Shown: one piece after another, positions 38,230-50,903 of the stretch | Layout: the number at the start of each line of letters is the position of its first letter | Position numbering within the stretch: position 1 is the stretch's first letter | The notes under the pieces: model-generated | The model's input: the letters and a program-made list of their open reading frames with translations, nothing else | Told to the model about the DNA's origin: nothing | Databases searched by the model: none | DNA from: Lama guanicoe | Taxonomy: Eukaryota | NCBI GenBank assembly: GCA_013239625.1 | Contig: MU053493.1 | Span: 1,745,793-1,809,792 of the forward strand | Length of the DNA: 64,000 nt | Reading direction: 5' to 3' | Translations under genes and position numbers: made by a program

Positions 38230-38896
38230 TGGGGGGACCCACTCAGAACCCCAGCATTGGTGTGAAGGTTATTTTAAGCTGAAGACATTTGGGATTTGAC
38301 AGGTGCAGAAAGAAGCCTTCTCAGGGTTTCCCTGACCTGCCTAAAGGCAGAAACTCTTGGGAAATGAGGCTGCCATTCACTCCCTCCTAGGGCAGCTTTA
38401 TTACCAGGAAGGAGAACAAGAGTAAACCTCCTATAAATTCTCTCTCCACGGGAATTTTAAGGCTGTGGAGAAGATGGAACGACCCCACACATCTGAACTT
38501 GCAGCCATTATCACAAACATTCTTATCTCCCATTGGTTCCTCTAGAAACCCATCTGCTTTTCCCAAACAACATTTTCTACCCCTTCTTTCCCCTGCTAAG
38601 TTAGGTATATAAATCTCTAACCTTTTTTTAAAGCATGATATGAGCAAAATTTTTATTAGTGAAGTTAAAAAAATAGTGGAAGATAGTACACTCCGGAGAA
38701 TTGGGAGCGGGCCAACCCAAGAGAGGAGAAACGGCCTACAAATCTCTAACTTTAACCATTTACCAAGCTACTTCTTCTGTAAACTACAATGTGTATACCA
38801 ACAATGTCTCCTGTTGACCTGTCTTTTGTCAGTTTAATTCACAGGCCCCTAAGTACTAAACCTAAGAGGGTGGAGGAAAAGTTTTTCCTCTCCAAC
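38230..38896 (+). mobile_element. MER34/MER39-like ERV1 LTR carrying an internal insertion
   Basis: ttattttaagctgaagacattt...cagaaagaagccttctcag...aagagggtggaggaaaagtttttcctctccaaca. Confidence 0.7.
38623..38739 (-). pseudogene. Short polyadenylated retrocopy (LTR R-like RNA 3' end) with TSD
   Basis: Minus strand ...gagtgtact...cactAATAAAaattttgctcatatcatgcttt-A7; TSD aaatctctaac at 38611-38621 and 38740-38750. Confidence 0.7.
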
Positions 38897-38899
38897 AAC

Positions 38900-40100
38900 A
38901 GAAAGTACAGACGACTCTTTCAAGAGCTTTTGTATTGAAGGAGAGCTGAGAGGAAGGGTAGAATAAAAGGGGGCTGTTTATTTAAAGTGAAAAATAAAAG
39001 TTTATATGCTGAGAGAAACGATCAGGTAGAGTGAACATCTTAGGAAGCAGGAGACAGAAAGGAGACTTGCTGGAGGAATGATCTTAGGTAGATGCGGGGA
39101 TGGAATACAGTTCACAGGTGAAGGGGGTGGCCTTCATTAAGAGCTCACCCATTGGAACAGGAGGTGAGGCAGAGTTTGGGCACCAGTGCTGGTAGATGGG
39201 CAGATTCAGAGGTGGGAACGTGAGGCAGTCTTCTGATGGCTTCTGTTTTTTCAGTGAACAGGAAGCTAAGTCATCTTCTGACAGTCAAGATGGAGCAGCA
39301 TGTGCAGAGATTTTAGGAAAGGGGAAAAACTAAAAAGTGGTCATCCATCCAGGAGAGTGGGAGAGTGAAGGAGCAAAGTAAAGAGAGAATGACTGTCAGC
39401 AGGACCGAGGACCTGCCTGAAGTGAGGGACCAGGAACTGAAACAAGATCCAGCAACAGAGTTGCATGTGGGTCTCCAATTGCGTTTAGCCAGGCAGGTGC
39501 AGACAGGGAGAAGGGACACAGGTAGATTTGATCACAGTCGGGGTTTTTGGCCAAGCAAGTAGGAAGAAGCAAGAGGAAAACAAGGGAGTGGAGTGGTAAT
39601 GCAAATAAATAAATGGCAGCTAAGGATGGAGGGTCAACATGCATGCGATGGTGGATAAGAGACAGTGAATAGAACGTAAGATCAGCAGACCGGATGTCCC
39701 TGCTGGGTTAAAGGATCACTCAAGTGGGACTTGAGGGGGAGGGAGCCAGTGGGATAGGAGGTGACGTTCGGAGAGTGGGATGATTGGAATAAGATAGCGG
39801 AGGGGGTGCAGTTATGGGAGATGACAATAAACTACTGCTGTAAGATCACACACGTCTGGCTGAAATGTGGCTCAGAGCAAGCTCCCTGAACAGTCAGGAA
39901 GTTGAGAAGCCAGTGCAGGCGAAGGATCAGGCACATGTCCATTGAAACCATTGAGAAGACAGGACTAGTTTAGAGACTGACTGTGCACAGAGCTGAAAAT
40001 CCTCCAGGAAGCAAAAGAGGTGGTGGTGGGCTGGGAGGACAGGGAGGGTGACTGATAGATGACTAACAAAAGGGAGGTCAGGATGTGACCCAGTGACTTG
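38900..40100 (+). mobile_element. Degraded L2-like sequence
   Basis: Purine-rich L2 ORF2-like tracts (ctctttcaagagcttt..., tctgatggcttctgttttttcagtgaa); boundaries approximate. Confidence 0.45.
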
Positions 40101-40122
40101 AGATTCAAAAACGGGAGTGGAG

Positions 40123-40266
40123 GTGGGTAGGGTATAGCTCAGTGGTAGAATGTGTGCTTAGTACTCATGGGGTCCTGGGGTCAATCCCCAGTGCCTCTCT
40201 TAAAATAAGTAAATAAACCTAATTACCTCCCCTCTCCAAAAAAAACAAAAAAACAAAACAAAACAA
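40123..40266 (+). mobile_element. vic-1-like tRNA SINE
   Basis: ggtatagctcagtggtag...tcaatccccagt...aataaacctaattacctcccc; imperfect TSD gggagt(g/a)gag. Confidence 0.85.
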
Positions 40267-40429
40267 AGATGGGAGTAGAGGAGTTTGGGGAGGCAGAGGG
40301 AAAGAGAGGTCTGGAAGTGCAGTGAGAAGCAAGGGCACCTAATCTGTCCACTTCCAGGCCAAGTGAAGGCTGGGGAGAAAAGCAAAACAGAAAACCATTT
40401 GAAAAAGCTGCCTGAAGAAGCTGTGTCCT

Positions 40430-42120
40430 TAAATTTCATAATATACAAGCAGCTCATGCAAGTCAGTAATTTAAAAAAACAAACAATCCAATCCAAAAAC
40501 GAGAAGACCTACACTAATATTTCTGCAAAGAAGACATCCAGATGGTCAACATGCAAAGAGGCTCAACATCACTAATTATCAGAGAAATACAAATAAAAAC
40601 CACAGTGAAGTGCCACCTCACACCCGTCAGAATGGCCATCATTGAAGTCTACAAATATTAAATGATGGAAAGGGTGTGGCGAAGAGGGAACCCTCCTACA
40701 CTGTGGGTGGTGCAGCCACTATGGAGAACAGTATGCAAGTTCCGTAAGAAACTAAACAGACTTACCATTATCACTACTAGTATCAACAGCAGCAGTGAGC
40801 ACACCTAGTACCTGGATCTTTGCTTCAAAATACCATTCTCCACCCAGAGGAGCCAGGGCTCCTTGGAAAGATGGTTAAATCCAGGGAAAGTACAGGATAA
40901 AGCCCGGGACTTTTTGTAGCACCACAAAGTAAGGAATTGCTCAAAGAATGATGGGACTACTCAGCCATAAAAAAGAATAAATTAATGCCATTTGCAGCAA
41001 CATGGACGGAACTGGAGATTGTCATTCTAAGTGAAGTAAGCCAGAAAGAGAAAGAAAAATACCATGATATCGCTCATATGTGGAATCTAAAAAAAATAGA
41101 CACAGAAAACAAACCTACAGTTACCAAAGGAAAAGGGAGGGAGGGGTAAATTGGGAGTTTGAGATTAACATACACACACTACTATCTACAAAGCAGATAA
41201 CAAGCCCCTACTGTACAGCACAGGGAACTATAGTCAATACCTTGAAATGGCCTATAATGAAAAAGAGTAGGAAAAGTATATATCTATGTATGTAAAAATG
41301 AATCACTACGCTGTACACCAGAAACTAACACACTGTAAACTGACTATACTTCAAAAAATAAAGAAAAAAAGAAAATCCACATAAAAATGAAAAAATGATG
41401 GGGACACACCAGGACTCAGGAATCAGCTTGAAGGGTCTTCCACTGTACAAGTCAGGAACAACTGGAGAATCAAGTGACAAGAAAGGATAATAAGGCATTA
41501 AATAATGTAAAAGTCTGTCCATACTGATCTCAACAGATGAGAAGGGAGAGCTCTTCCTTGCAGTAGAATGTCAGTTAACAGAGAAGAAAGGATGGAGACA
41601 GATCATCCAGGGACACTGAAACTTGTGACTGAAAGTCTGCTGAGGAATAAGGTATTTATAGTGTCAAAGTACCGCCATCACAAATTACTTACTTTTAAAA
41701 AGGAAAAGTAACTTTGTGCTGGGGAAAGCTGACATCACTTTAACAAACTATTAATTTTCCTCACCGGCTTCACTGGGACCAACTGGTATCCTGGAATTCC
41801 ATTTATGAGATTATTACCAAAGACACATCACTGCTATGGTTTTCCCGCCAAAACTGAATAACCTGAATCTAATCGTGAGAAAACAGACAAATCCAATTTT
41901 GAGGGACATTCTACAAAATGACTGGCCTGTACACTAGAAAAATGTTACAGTCAGAAATGACGAAGGCTCAGGAACTGTCCCAGATTACTGGACGCTGGAG
42001 ACATGACGGCCAAGTGTTATGAGTGGTCCTGGCATGACCCTGCTCCAGGGAAAAGAGCTATAAAGCGCGTTATTGGGACAACTGACAAATCTGAACATGC
42101 ACTGTGGACTGGATGCCCAG
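40430..42120 (+). mobile_element. L1 cluster: L1 ORF2 fragment, then an old L1MC-like 3' region interrupted by a younger L1 3' end (~40957-41390)
   Basis: gaggagccagggctccttgg...aaagtaagga; TSD-like aatgatggg on both sides of the inner L1; later cctgaatctaatc...gggacattctacaaaa. Confidence 0.7.
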
Positions 42121-42600
42121 TGGCCACGGAAGACTCTCGGCCTTCCTAGCGGTGTCCGTCTCCTCTCACATCCATCAGCCCCCTCCTCCATGCACCTGAC
42201 CATGGATGAGCCTCTGCTCAGGTGACATGAGGTCGTTTCGCAGGGGGGAGGATGGAAGGCACATGCGTGAAAACCCCACTGTTTTGTGGAAGGATGGCAG
42301 GGCAGGGGCAGAAGAAAACCGAGGCCCCTTGAAGAAAAGTGAGGACCTCTCAGGAGACAGCCAGTGGTGATGGGGTTCTCAGGCTGCAGGCAGCTCCCCC
42401 TGGCCGGTGGTGGGGGGTCCTGCTACACCCCCAGGGAAAGGCTCTTGCAGGACAGCTGGGAGTCTGCCTTCCCACACCCTGCTATTTGCAAGTATCTGCC
42501 GTGCATGCAGAGAAAAGCTCTCAAAAAGTTCTTATTATAAAACACAACAAAGACAGAATGTAACCTTAAGCACTCATATTTACATTATGTTCAAAATATA

Positions 42601-42750
42601 TTACAGCTTTAATTTATGCACAGAAACATCCTGCTTCTTCTTTGCTTTCTTTTCTGTTTTCTTTGCATCACTGATTTGCATTTTCACTTGATCTTGTAAT
42701 TGAGAAAAGAACGCTTGCGATGACTTCAAGGCTTTGTCTTTCCCTTCATC
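42601..42750 (-). CDS. MPHOSPH10: MPHOSPH10 exon 11 (last)
   Basis: tgcag|GAT; DEGKDKALKSSQAFFSQLQDQVKMQISDAKK...VHKLKL*; 150 nt. Confidence 0.95.
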   Translation of the reverse strand, partial: DEGKDKALKSSQAFFSQLQDQVKMQISDAKKTEKKAKKKQDVSVHKLKL

Positions 42751-43133
42751 CTGCAGTGAAAAATAATACAAGTTCGTGCCAGAAAATGAGCCAACAGGTA
42801 GGGGGTAAAAAACCCAAGTGATCACAGCGGTGTATAAAAATGCATAAATACGAGAAAGAACTAGGCAAAACTATGAAGAATTACACCTGCCAGTGCAGAG
42901 GTACTTTCTACCTTCTTCGCTGCTCCCATGTCTTATAAGCACAAGAAAACCTGCGGCCAGGCCCCAGGTGACCATGAGGACCTGCACTAGAGACCCAGCC
43001 AGTCGCCAGAGGCCTCTCCTCTCCCCTCTGCCGGCAGGCGGCCAAGGCTGGCCGGGTCCCCCCAGTCTCTCAAGGCCACCTAAAGCTGTCCCCGGCCTGA
43101 GCCCCCTCAGCAGCACCCCTCCTCCACCCGTAC

Positions 43134-43364
43134 CTTTAACAGCGAAGCTCTGCCCGTCTTGGTCAGCTGCTTTAACTTCTCGGAAGCTACTGCTTTGGTC
43201 CATTTCCCTGCTTGATCTGGGTTGCTCTTTTCCACGAGTCTTCTCCGCTTTTCTTTCTCCTTTATTTTCATATGCTTGCGATATTTCTTTTTCCGCCTTT
43301 CTCGTTTCTTGTCCGTAGATGTTTTCTCAGCTGCTGTTTTTATATCTCCGGCTTTATTTTTCTC
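43134..43364 (-). CDS. MPHOSPH10: MPHOSPH10 exon 10
   Basis: aatag|GAG...AAG|gtacgg; EKNKAGDIKTAAEKTSTDKKRERRKKK...LTKTGRASLLK; 231 nt. Confidence 0.95.
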
Positions 43365-44361
43365 CTATTAAAAAAAACCCCGCTAATATACTCGTTCATC
43401 TAACCTAACAGCTCAGGAAATTAGAAGAAAAGCAATTCCACGGCACATGGCCAGTGTGTTGTGCATCCACAGTCCCGTGGGGAGCGCAGGGCAGCCCTCA
43501 GCTGTGTTCTCTGGAGCTTTGGTCACTCAGCACCTTAAGACCTGGGATACATTCTTTGACAGAACAGACCCTTAAAGTGATTGTTGGGCCCCCAAGCCCC
43601 TTCGCCAAGGCAGCCTGGAGAACTGGGGCATCGGGCTGCCCCTCCCAGAGAAGCCAGCCCCCTGCGGCACTCAGACACTGGCACGGGCTCCGAGGACACG
43701 ACTGAGGCCGCCCAGCTCCGAGCTGCTGACCACAGGGTTCCCGGAGGTGGCACAGGCTCTGAAGAGGTGGGTGTGGGTGGAGCAAAGCAAACGAGGATCA
43801 AAAAGAGGGCTGTGCTGCCAGGCTGCCGGGAAGACGATGCCCTGGCAGAAACCATCACTACTGTATTACAGCTTTAATCATGGGGCCTGAGCCCCAGTCT
43901 CTCTCAGCAGGGGCTGCCTGCATATATCCAACTTCTTCCAACATCCAATGCTCTATTCTAGACCATGATTCCATTACTGAGAAGCATTAAACGGATAAAA
44001 TAAAAGAGGGAAAGGTGATATGAAAGGATTCCTAACTATACGCAGTTTGTTTTAAACCTAACATCTAATGAACCTAAAACTTCGAATATCCAAATTGAAT
44101 GATAACAAGATGCTGATGCTGGATATTTACAATGAGCCTTTATAATACTTCTCATACCTGTACCTCCTGACAATACCTGATTGTAGAAGAGTCGTATTTG
44201 AATATTATACAGTACTATTAATTTGCTTATACTTGGAAGCTGCAGAGCTACGTTAGAATAAAAACTACAAGCTCTAGGAAAATGACACCACATGGAGCTC
44301 TGACTATAAACAAGTAACTTGCAAAGAGATGTTTAATGTGTCCCTAGCCCTGGCTTCTTAC

Positions 44362-44469
44362 CTTGACCTCTTCGGGGGCCAGGAGAGCCGCGTCGCTCAC
44401 ACTCACGGGGGCCACTTCCTCCATGGTAATGGCTGGCAGGTTGGACACAACTTTAATCTCTGGGACAGG
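44362..44469 (-). CDS. MPHOSPH10: MPHOSPH10 exon 9
   Basis: tgcag|CCT...AAG|gtaaga; [36 protein letters not shown]; 108 nt. Confidence 0.95.
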
Positions 44470-45046
44470 CTGCAGAAGAGACGGTACATGCAACAGGAAG
44501 TCAGAGGTAGTCCTGACCTAAGATATTTAAGTTGTGAATCTGATCATTTAAAGTGCAACAGATGAATACTTCATGGAGATCATTTAAAACATGAGGTGGG
44601 TGGACAGCAGGAGTGTGACGCTAACAGGAAGGACGGCGGTGATGCCGGACGGCACAGGGCGCCTGAGGGTGTTAGGGTCTTCTCCATCTCTCCACCACAG
44701 CGACAGCACTTCTTCCTACACTTTTGCGTGACATTTCTGCCACGTTCTGACACCAGTCCCTTCATCCGTCACTAAGCCATGTATGTGTAGGTGTACATTC
44801 TCCAACAATCCTATCCACCGTTTAACAGAATTCATTGGCTCCTGTAAATGTTACCCTGTCTTTGGTTATGGGAAAAAAGTTAACTATAAGAAATACATGG
44901 AAAAAGAAGCCAGGAAAAATGCTTCTTGGAATGTGCACATTCCATCAACTAAAAACAGATTTTTATAAATAGAACTACAAATGATATCGAACTGTTTTGA
45001 AACAATATTGAAGTAAATGAAACCTATACATTATAAAAAGGAGGAT

Positions 45047-45196
45047 GGGAGAGGGTCTAGCTCAGTGGTAGAGCACATGCTGAGAATGCATGAGGTCCTC
45101 GGTTCAATCCCCAGTGCCTCTGTTAAAAAATAAATAAATAAAAAAAAATCTAATTACCTCCCCCCCCCAAAACAAAAGACAACAATGAAAACTTTT
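45047..45196 (+). mobile_element. vic-1-like tRNA SINE
   Basis: Same head and tail; TSD aaaaggagga. Confidence 0.85.
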
Positions 45197-46023
45197 TAAA
45201 AGGAGGAAAGGATGCAACACTAACTGAAGGGCCATTTGTTTTTTGTTTAGTTTTTTGTTGTGGTTTTTTTCTTTTTCTTTTTTTTTTTGCAACAATGGCC
45301 CAAGAAATTCAGAAAATTGTAACAGGTTTCATACCCATCCTGGAAATAAAAGGACAATGGTATTTACTTCCCAAACACTTACACTTGTGTTCTGCATATC
45401 TAAGTCTTGCTCACCTCTTTACAGGGCACCAGGGGCCACCGTGGAGGGAAGGAGGAAGCATGGGATAGAGCACAGGTCCGAAGCAGACTGAGACTGAAAC
45501 CCACGAGAGAGGGGCCCTATCCCAAAGCACATCACTGCCCACCTCACATGCTCACTTCCCTTCTCACAGTCCTGTCTGTGCTCCCTTAACTAGGCAGGTA
45601 TGTTCCCCATCTGCGAGATGGAAAAAGTATCACGTGCCTTGGCATTCTGTGGACCAAGGGTTCATGCACGTGGAGGACCTACTGTGACAAGTAGCAGGCA
45701 CTCAGTAAACGCCAGGTGTGGTCACCACACATGCGCCCAAGCCCATCCCACAATACAAATGCAACCAAAGACTGAACCAGGAAACTGGGAGAGAGGGCGG
45801 GAATGAAGAGCCCCATGGCTAAGGCAGAGGGTCTGGCAGGGACCCTCCAGGGATCAGGGTCAGCAGGACGGAGCCCTCTTCATGGGAGGCCCTGCCTGAG
45901 ATTTCCTGAAATTCCTGCAGGTTTGTACTCCAAAACTAGATAAAGAGCTAGTCTCATAAAAGATCAAAGAGGAATTCAGATCACGTCTGCGCTGTCTAGC
46001 CGCCAAAACGCTAATGCACTCAC

Positions 46024-46134
46024 CGGCTTAGGGATGAAGTGGAAGTTTGAGAGGGCATCCAACTTTAAGAAGAGGGAATCCATCATCTTCTGAATTTCCA
46101 CATGCTCAGGGTTTTCTTCTTCCTCTGTTTTTTG
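46024..46134 (-). CDS. MPHOSPH10: MPHOSPH10 exon 8
   Basis: cctaag|CAA...CCG|gtgagt; [37 protein letters not shown]; 111 nt. Confidence 0.94.
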
Positions 46135-46450
46135 CTTAGGAAACAAGTTCAACACCATCAGGAGCTTAGTGCACATCACAGGACAGAGCACTAACAGCCG
46201 GTCAGAATATTTCCAGTTTCTCAGCAGCAAGGCCTCCGCTCCAAAGAAACATTCCAAGGCAAGTCTGAAGTTATCAACACCAGGACAGTGCTGGCCCCCC
46301 CAAAGAAACGTGGTGTGTACCTCAGAAGCTGTTGCAACCATGGCCTCTAACATTCAGACCTTACAATTTAATTCCCTTGATGTTTACTTCTGTCAAGAAC
46401 TGAACCATTCTCACTAGGATGGCTCTTAAAAAAAAGAAAACAAAGGTGCA

Positions 46451-48628
46451 GGGGAGGGAACAGCTCAGTTGTAGAGCACATGCTTAACATGCATGAGGTC
46501 CCAGATTCAATCACCAGTACCTTCATTAAGAAAAAAAATTAAAATATTGTCATTACATGCAGGTAACAAGATACTATATATAGAAAACCCTAAAGGCACA
46601 ATGCAAAAACTACAAGAGCTGTAAAAGAATTTGGCAAGGTAGCAGGATACAAAATTAACATACAGAAATCAGCTGCATTTCTTTACACTAACAATGAAAT
46701 ATCAGAAAAGGAAAATAAAGAAACAATCCCCTTAAAAATTGCATCCAAAAAAATAAAATATGTAGGATTAAATACGACGAATGAAGTGAAAGACTTATTT
46801 ATGTGTGGAGAACTACAGAACACTGACCAAGGAAATTAAAGATGACTTAAAGAAATGGAAAGATATTCCATGTTCTTGCTTTGGAAGAATTAACGTTATT
46901 AAAAGGGCCATACTATCCAAAGCAATCTACAGATTTAATGCAGTCCCTAGCAAATTAGCCAGGACATTTTTCACAGAACTAGAACAAATAACCCTAAAAC
47001 TTAAATGGAGTCACAAAAGACCCAGAATTGCCAAAGCGTTACTGAAGAAAAAGAAGGAAGCTGGAGGAATAACCCTCCCAAACTTCAGACAATAGTATAG
47101 AGCTACAGTAATCAAAATGCGTGGTATTGATGCAAAAACAGACACATGGGTCAATGGAACAGAATAGAGAGCCCAGAAATGAACCCACAAACTTTTGGTC
47201 AATTAAACTTTGACAAAGGAGGCAAGAACATACAATGGATTAAGGACAGTCTCTTTAGCAAATAGTGTTGGGATAACTGGACAGCTGCATGTAAATCAAT
47301 GAAGCTAGACTGCTCCCTCACACCACACACAAAAATAAACTCAAAATGGCTTGAAGACTTAAATGTAAGACAAGACATTATAAACATCTTAGATGAAACC
47401 ACAGGCAAAACATTCTCTGGTATAAAATCTTACCAATGTTCTCCTAGGGCACTCTACCCAGGCAATAAAAACAAAAGCAAAAATAAACAAGTGGGACCTA
47501 AACTTATAAGCTTCTGCACAGCAAAGGAAATCATAAGCAAAACAAAAAGACAATCTACACAATGGGAGAAAATATTTGCAACAGATGAGATTGACAAGGG
47601 CTTAATTTCCAGAATATATAAGCAGCTCATACAACTTAGTAACCAAAAAACAAACAACCGAATCCAAAAATAGGCAGGAGACCTAAACAAGAAATTCTCC
47701 AATGAAGACATACAAATGGCCAATAGGCACATGAAAAAAGCTCAGTTATCACTAATTATCAGAGAAATGCAAACCAAAACTACAATGAGGTATCACCTCA
47801 CACCAGACAGAATGGCCATCATTGAAAAGTCTACAAACGATAAATGCTGGAGAGGGTGTGGAGAAAAGGGAACCCTCCTACACTGCTGGTGGGAATGTAG
47901 TTTGGTGCAGCCATTATGGAAAACAGTACAGAGATTCCTCAAAAGACTAAGAATAGACTTAACATACGATCCAGCAATCCCACTCCTGGGCATATATCCA
48001 GAGAGAACCTTAATTCAAAAAGATACACGCACTCCAATGTTCATAGAAGCACTATTTACAATAGCCAAGACATGGAAGCAACCTAAATATCCACTGACAG
48101 ATGACTGGATAAAGAAGCTGTGGTATACTTATACAATGGAATACTACTCAGCCATAAAAAAAACAAATAATGCCATTTGCAGCAACATGCATGGCCCTGG
48201 AGAATGTCATTCTGAGTGAAATAAGCCAGGAAGAGAAAGAAAAATACCATATGAGATTGCTCATATGTGGAATCTAAAAAAAAAAAACAGAAACAGACTC
48301 AGAAATAGAAAACAAACTTATGGTTATCAGAAGGGAAAGGGGGTGGGAAGGGATAAATTTGGAGTTTGAGATTTGTAGATACTAACATATATAAAATAAA
48401 CAAGTTCATACAGTATAGCACAGGGAACTATATTCAACATCTTGTAGTAACTGAACCATAAAAAAGAATATGAAAACGCATATATGTTTGTGTATGACTG
48501 AAGCTTTATGCTGTACACCAGAAATTGACCCAATATTGTAAACTGACTATATTTCAATAAAAATATACATACATAAAAAATAATTAAAATAAATAAACAA
48601 ATCTAATTACCCACCCACCCCCCAAAAC
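46451..48628 (+). mobile_element. vic-1-like SINE split by an L1 (head 46451-46545, tail 48591-48628)
   Basis: Head ggggagggaacagctcagtt...; tail aaataaacaaatctaattaccc; outer TSD aagaaaacaaag at 46434-46445 and 48629-48640. Confidence 0.8.
46546..48575 (+). mobile_element. 5'-truncated younger L1 (~2 kb; RT end, C-terminal domain, 3' UTR), ORF2 disrupted
   Basis: ORF2 fragments ([33 protein letters not shown]) in several frames; TSD ending aattaaaat at 46545 and 48590. Confidence 0.92.
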
Positions 48629-50428
48629 AAGAAAACAAAGTAACAAGTGTTGGCAAGAACGTGGAAGAAGCCCTCGTGCACTGCTGGTGGGAACGTCAAA
48701 TGGCGTCGTGACGGTGAATTACCCTATGACCTAGCAATTTCACTCCTGGCTGCATACCCAAGAGAATTAAAACAGGTGTGCCAGCAAATACACACACAGG
48801 CATGTCCACAGTCGCACTATTCAAGAGAGGTAGAAACAGCCCAATCCCTCGTCAACCAGTGACTGGATCAGACAATTGTGGCATATCGTTTATCTACAAA
48901 AAAGTACTGACATGACACAATCGTGAAACATTAAGTTAAATCAAAGAAGCTGGACACAAGGGGTCACACATTGTATGACTCAGATTACATGAAACATCTA
49001 AAATAAGTAAATCTACCAAGACAGAATGCAGACTGGTGCTTGTCTGGGGCTAGGGCAACTGAGGAACGGGGAGTAACAGCTTAGTGGGCATAGGGCTTTA
49101 TTCTGGGGTGACAAATTATTTTTTTCAATTGAAGTATAGGCAGTTTACAATACTGTGTCGATTTCTCGTGTACAGAATCATGTTTCAGCCATACACCTAC
49201 ATATATTTATTCCTTGAAGACGTTTTAGAACTAGATGAAGGTAGTGGGTACATGACAGCATGACTGCCTTCTTTAAAATGGATAATTTATTATGTGAATC
49301 TCAAATCAACTAAAAAAAAAAGCACAACTAAGGAGTTACTGTAGATTTTGTAAAATTATCCAAATATCCATTTGGATTGCAGAAACTTTTTTTTTTTTGC
49401 AGAAACTTTCTTGTCCCTTTTATTTATATGTAATTTGTTAAAGATCTTTTTCTGATTAAATGACATCGAAAAAAAAAATTGGCAGCAGTTGATTCTACTA
49501 TGAAAAGGTAAATTTCATACTTTCCTTTCCCCACGCCCAAAATGCTATCCTGAGAGGCCAAAACTTTTTATTCGTTTGCTTGTTTATTAACCCATGAAAT
49601 ACAACCACGGATACCACCCCCAACTGGGAAGCAACCGGCTTTTTACTGTGCTAACGCTAATGCCAGAGATGTCTCCGGGCTGTCTTTCCAGTGTCCACCA
49701 TCAGTGCCCACCTTCCAGCCATGTCCAAGCACACGTTACTGCTTTTTACTATTTAAACTGAACACACACTTCAAAATCCTAAACATGTCCTTTCACTTCA
49801 ATCCAGGTTACATCCTTGAAATCATACCTCTGACATACAGCATCTTCATGGTACACATCACATACATACAACTAGGGGTAAAGGTTCCCCATTTGGTTTT
49901 TACCCCTCATGATTACCAATACTTTCTGTATTTACTGAATCTCCTCAGAGGAGCCAGATTTTCAAGAAGCGCCGACTGACACTGTACCCATTTCCCTTAA
50001 CCACCTCCTTGGGTTGCAGAGCAGCCGGGAAGAATTTCAATTCAAATCTTTCCCCTTCTCCAGCTTCACTAGTGGCATCTGATGGTTTGCTGTTGCTGTC
50101 TAAGTAGCTTTAAGTAACAAAATCTGGTAGGAATAGTAAACACTTTTGCAGAAGAAAAATGCCACCTCATCCCCAAGCACAGACTGACCACATTCCCAAC
50201 AATTCAAATGGGAAGGAGTAATTCAGTTATTATATTGGGAATGTATTATCTTTAGAAATACGACTGTCCTATTTGACCAGGAATATTTTTATAATCTAAG
50301 TAAAAAGAAATAAAAACCAAAAACTCACCAGACCTAAACATCTGAAGGGATTCACAAATAACCTTATAAAATGTATCAATGACTAATAAAGTATGAATGA
50401 GAAGTGATCTTAAAACTGTAGCATTCCT

Positions 50429-50634
50429 GGGGGGAGGGTACAGCTCGGCGGTAGACCACATGCTTAGTATGTACGAGGCCCTGGCTTCACACCCCAGTAC
50501 CTCCTCTAAAACAAATAAATAAATAAACCCAATTACCTTCTCCCTACCAAAATAAAGAAAAATAAAAATGAAAGTGATATTTTAAAAAAAAACTCTCAAA
50601 AGCTCAACAATAAAAAATCAAGTAAAAGAAAAAC
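50429..50634 (+). mobile_element. vic-1-like tRNA SINE with long A-rich tail
   Basis: ggggagggtacagctc...ccccagtacctcc; TSD-like ctgtagca on both sides. Confidence 0.85.
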
Positions 50635-50903
50635 AAATCTGTAGCACGACTATAATAATGGCAGGAAAGTTAATAATTAGCAGTGAGAGAATCAGGTGAC
50701 CAGTGAGTCACCGCAAGACAAACTCCCCCGCCTTCGCCCATTCAGTGGGAACAGGGGAGCCGCTCGGTCTCACACCTGAACAAGGTGACCGCAAAGCTGC
50801 AGACCTGCACTGCATGCATGTCCACCAGCAGGAAGAGCCCGCAGGGGTGGCTCTCCGCTCCTCTTCCTTTAAGGACGATGCTTTGCCTTGGTGGCTTCCT
50901 TAC

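Larger units (their letters stand above)
46405..49320 (+). mobile_element. Old L1MB-like 3' fragment hosting nested insertions
   Basis: ctcactaggatggct [insertions] taacaagtgttggcaag...actgctggtgggaa...ttctggggtga...tatgtgaat. Confidence 0.7.

Noticed and set aside
46135..46137. AAG acceptor at MPHOSPH10 exon 8
   Set aside because: Uncommon but canonical AG; frame and length are consistent, so it is not evidence of a defect.
46805..48219. ORFs with RT/ORF2-like peptides
   Set aside because: Frameshifted, stop-containing pieces of a 5'-truncated L1, not an active element or host gene.
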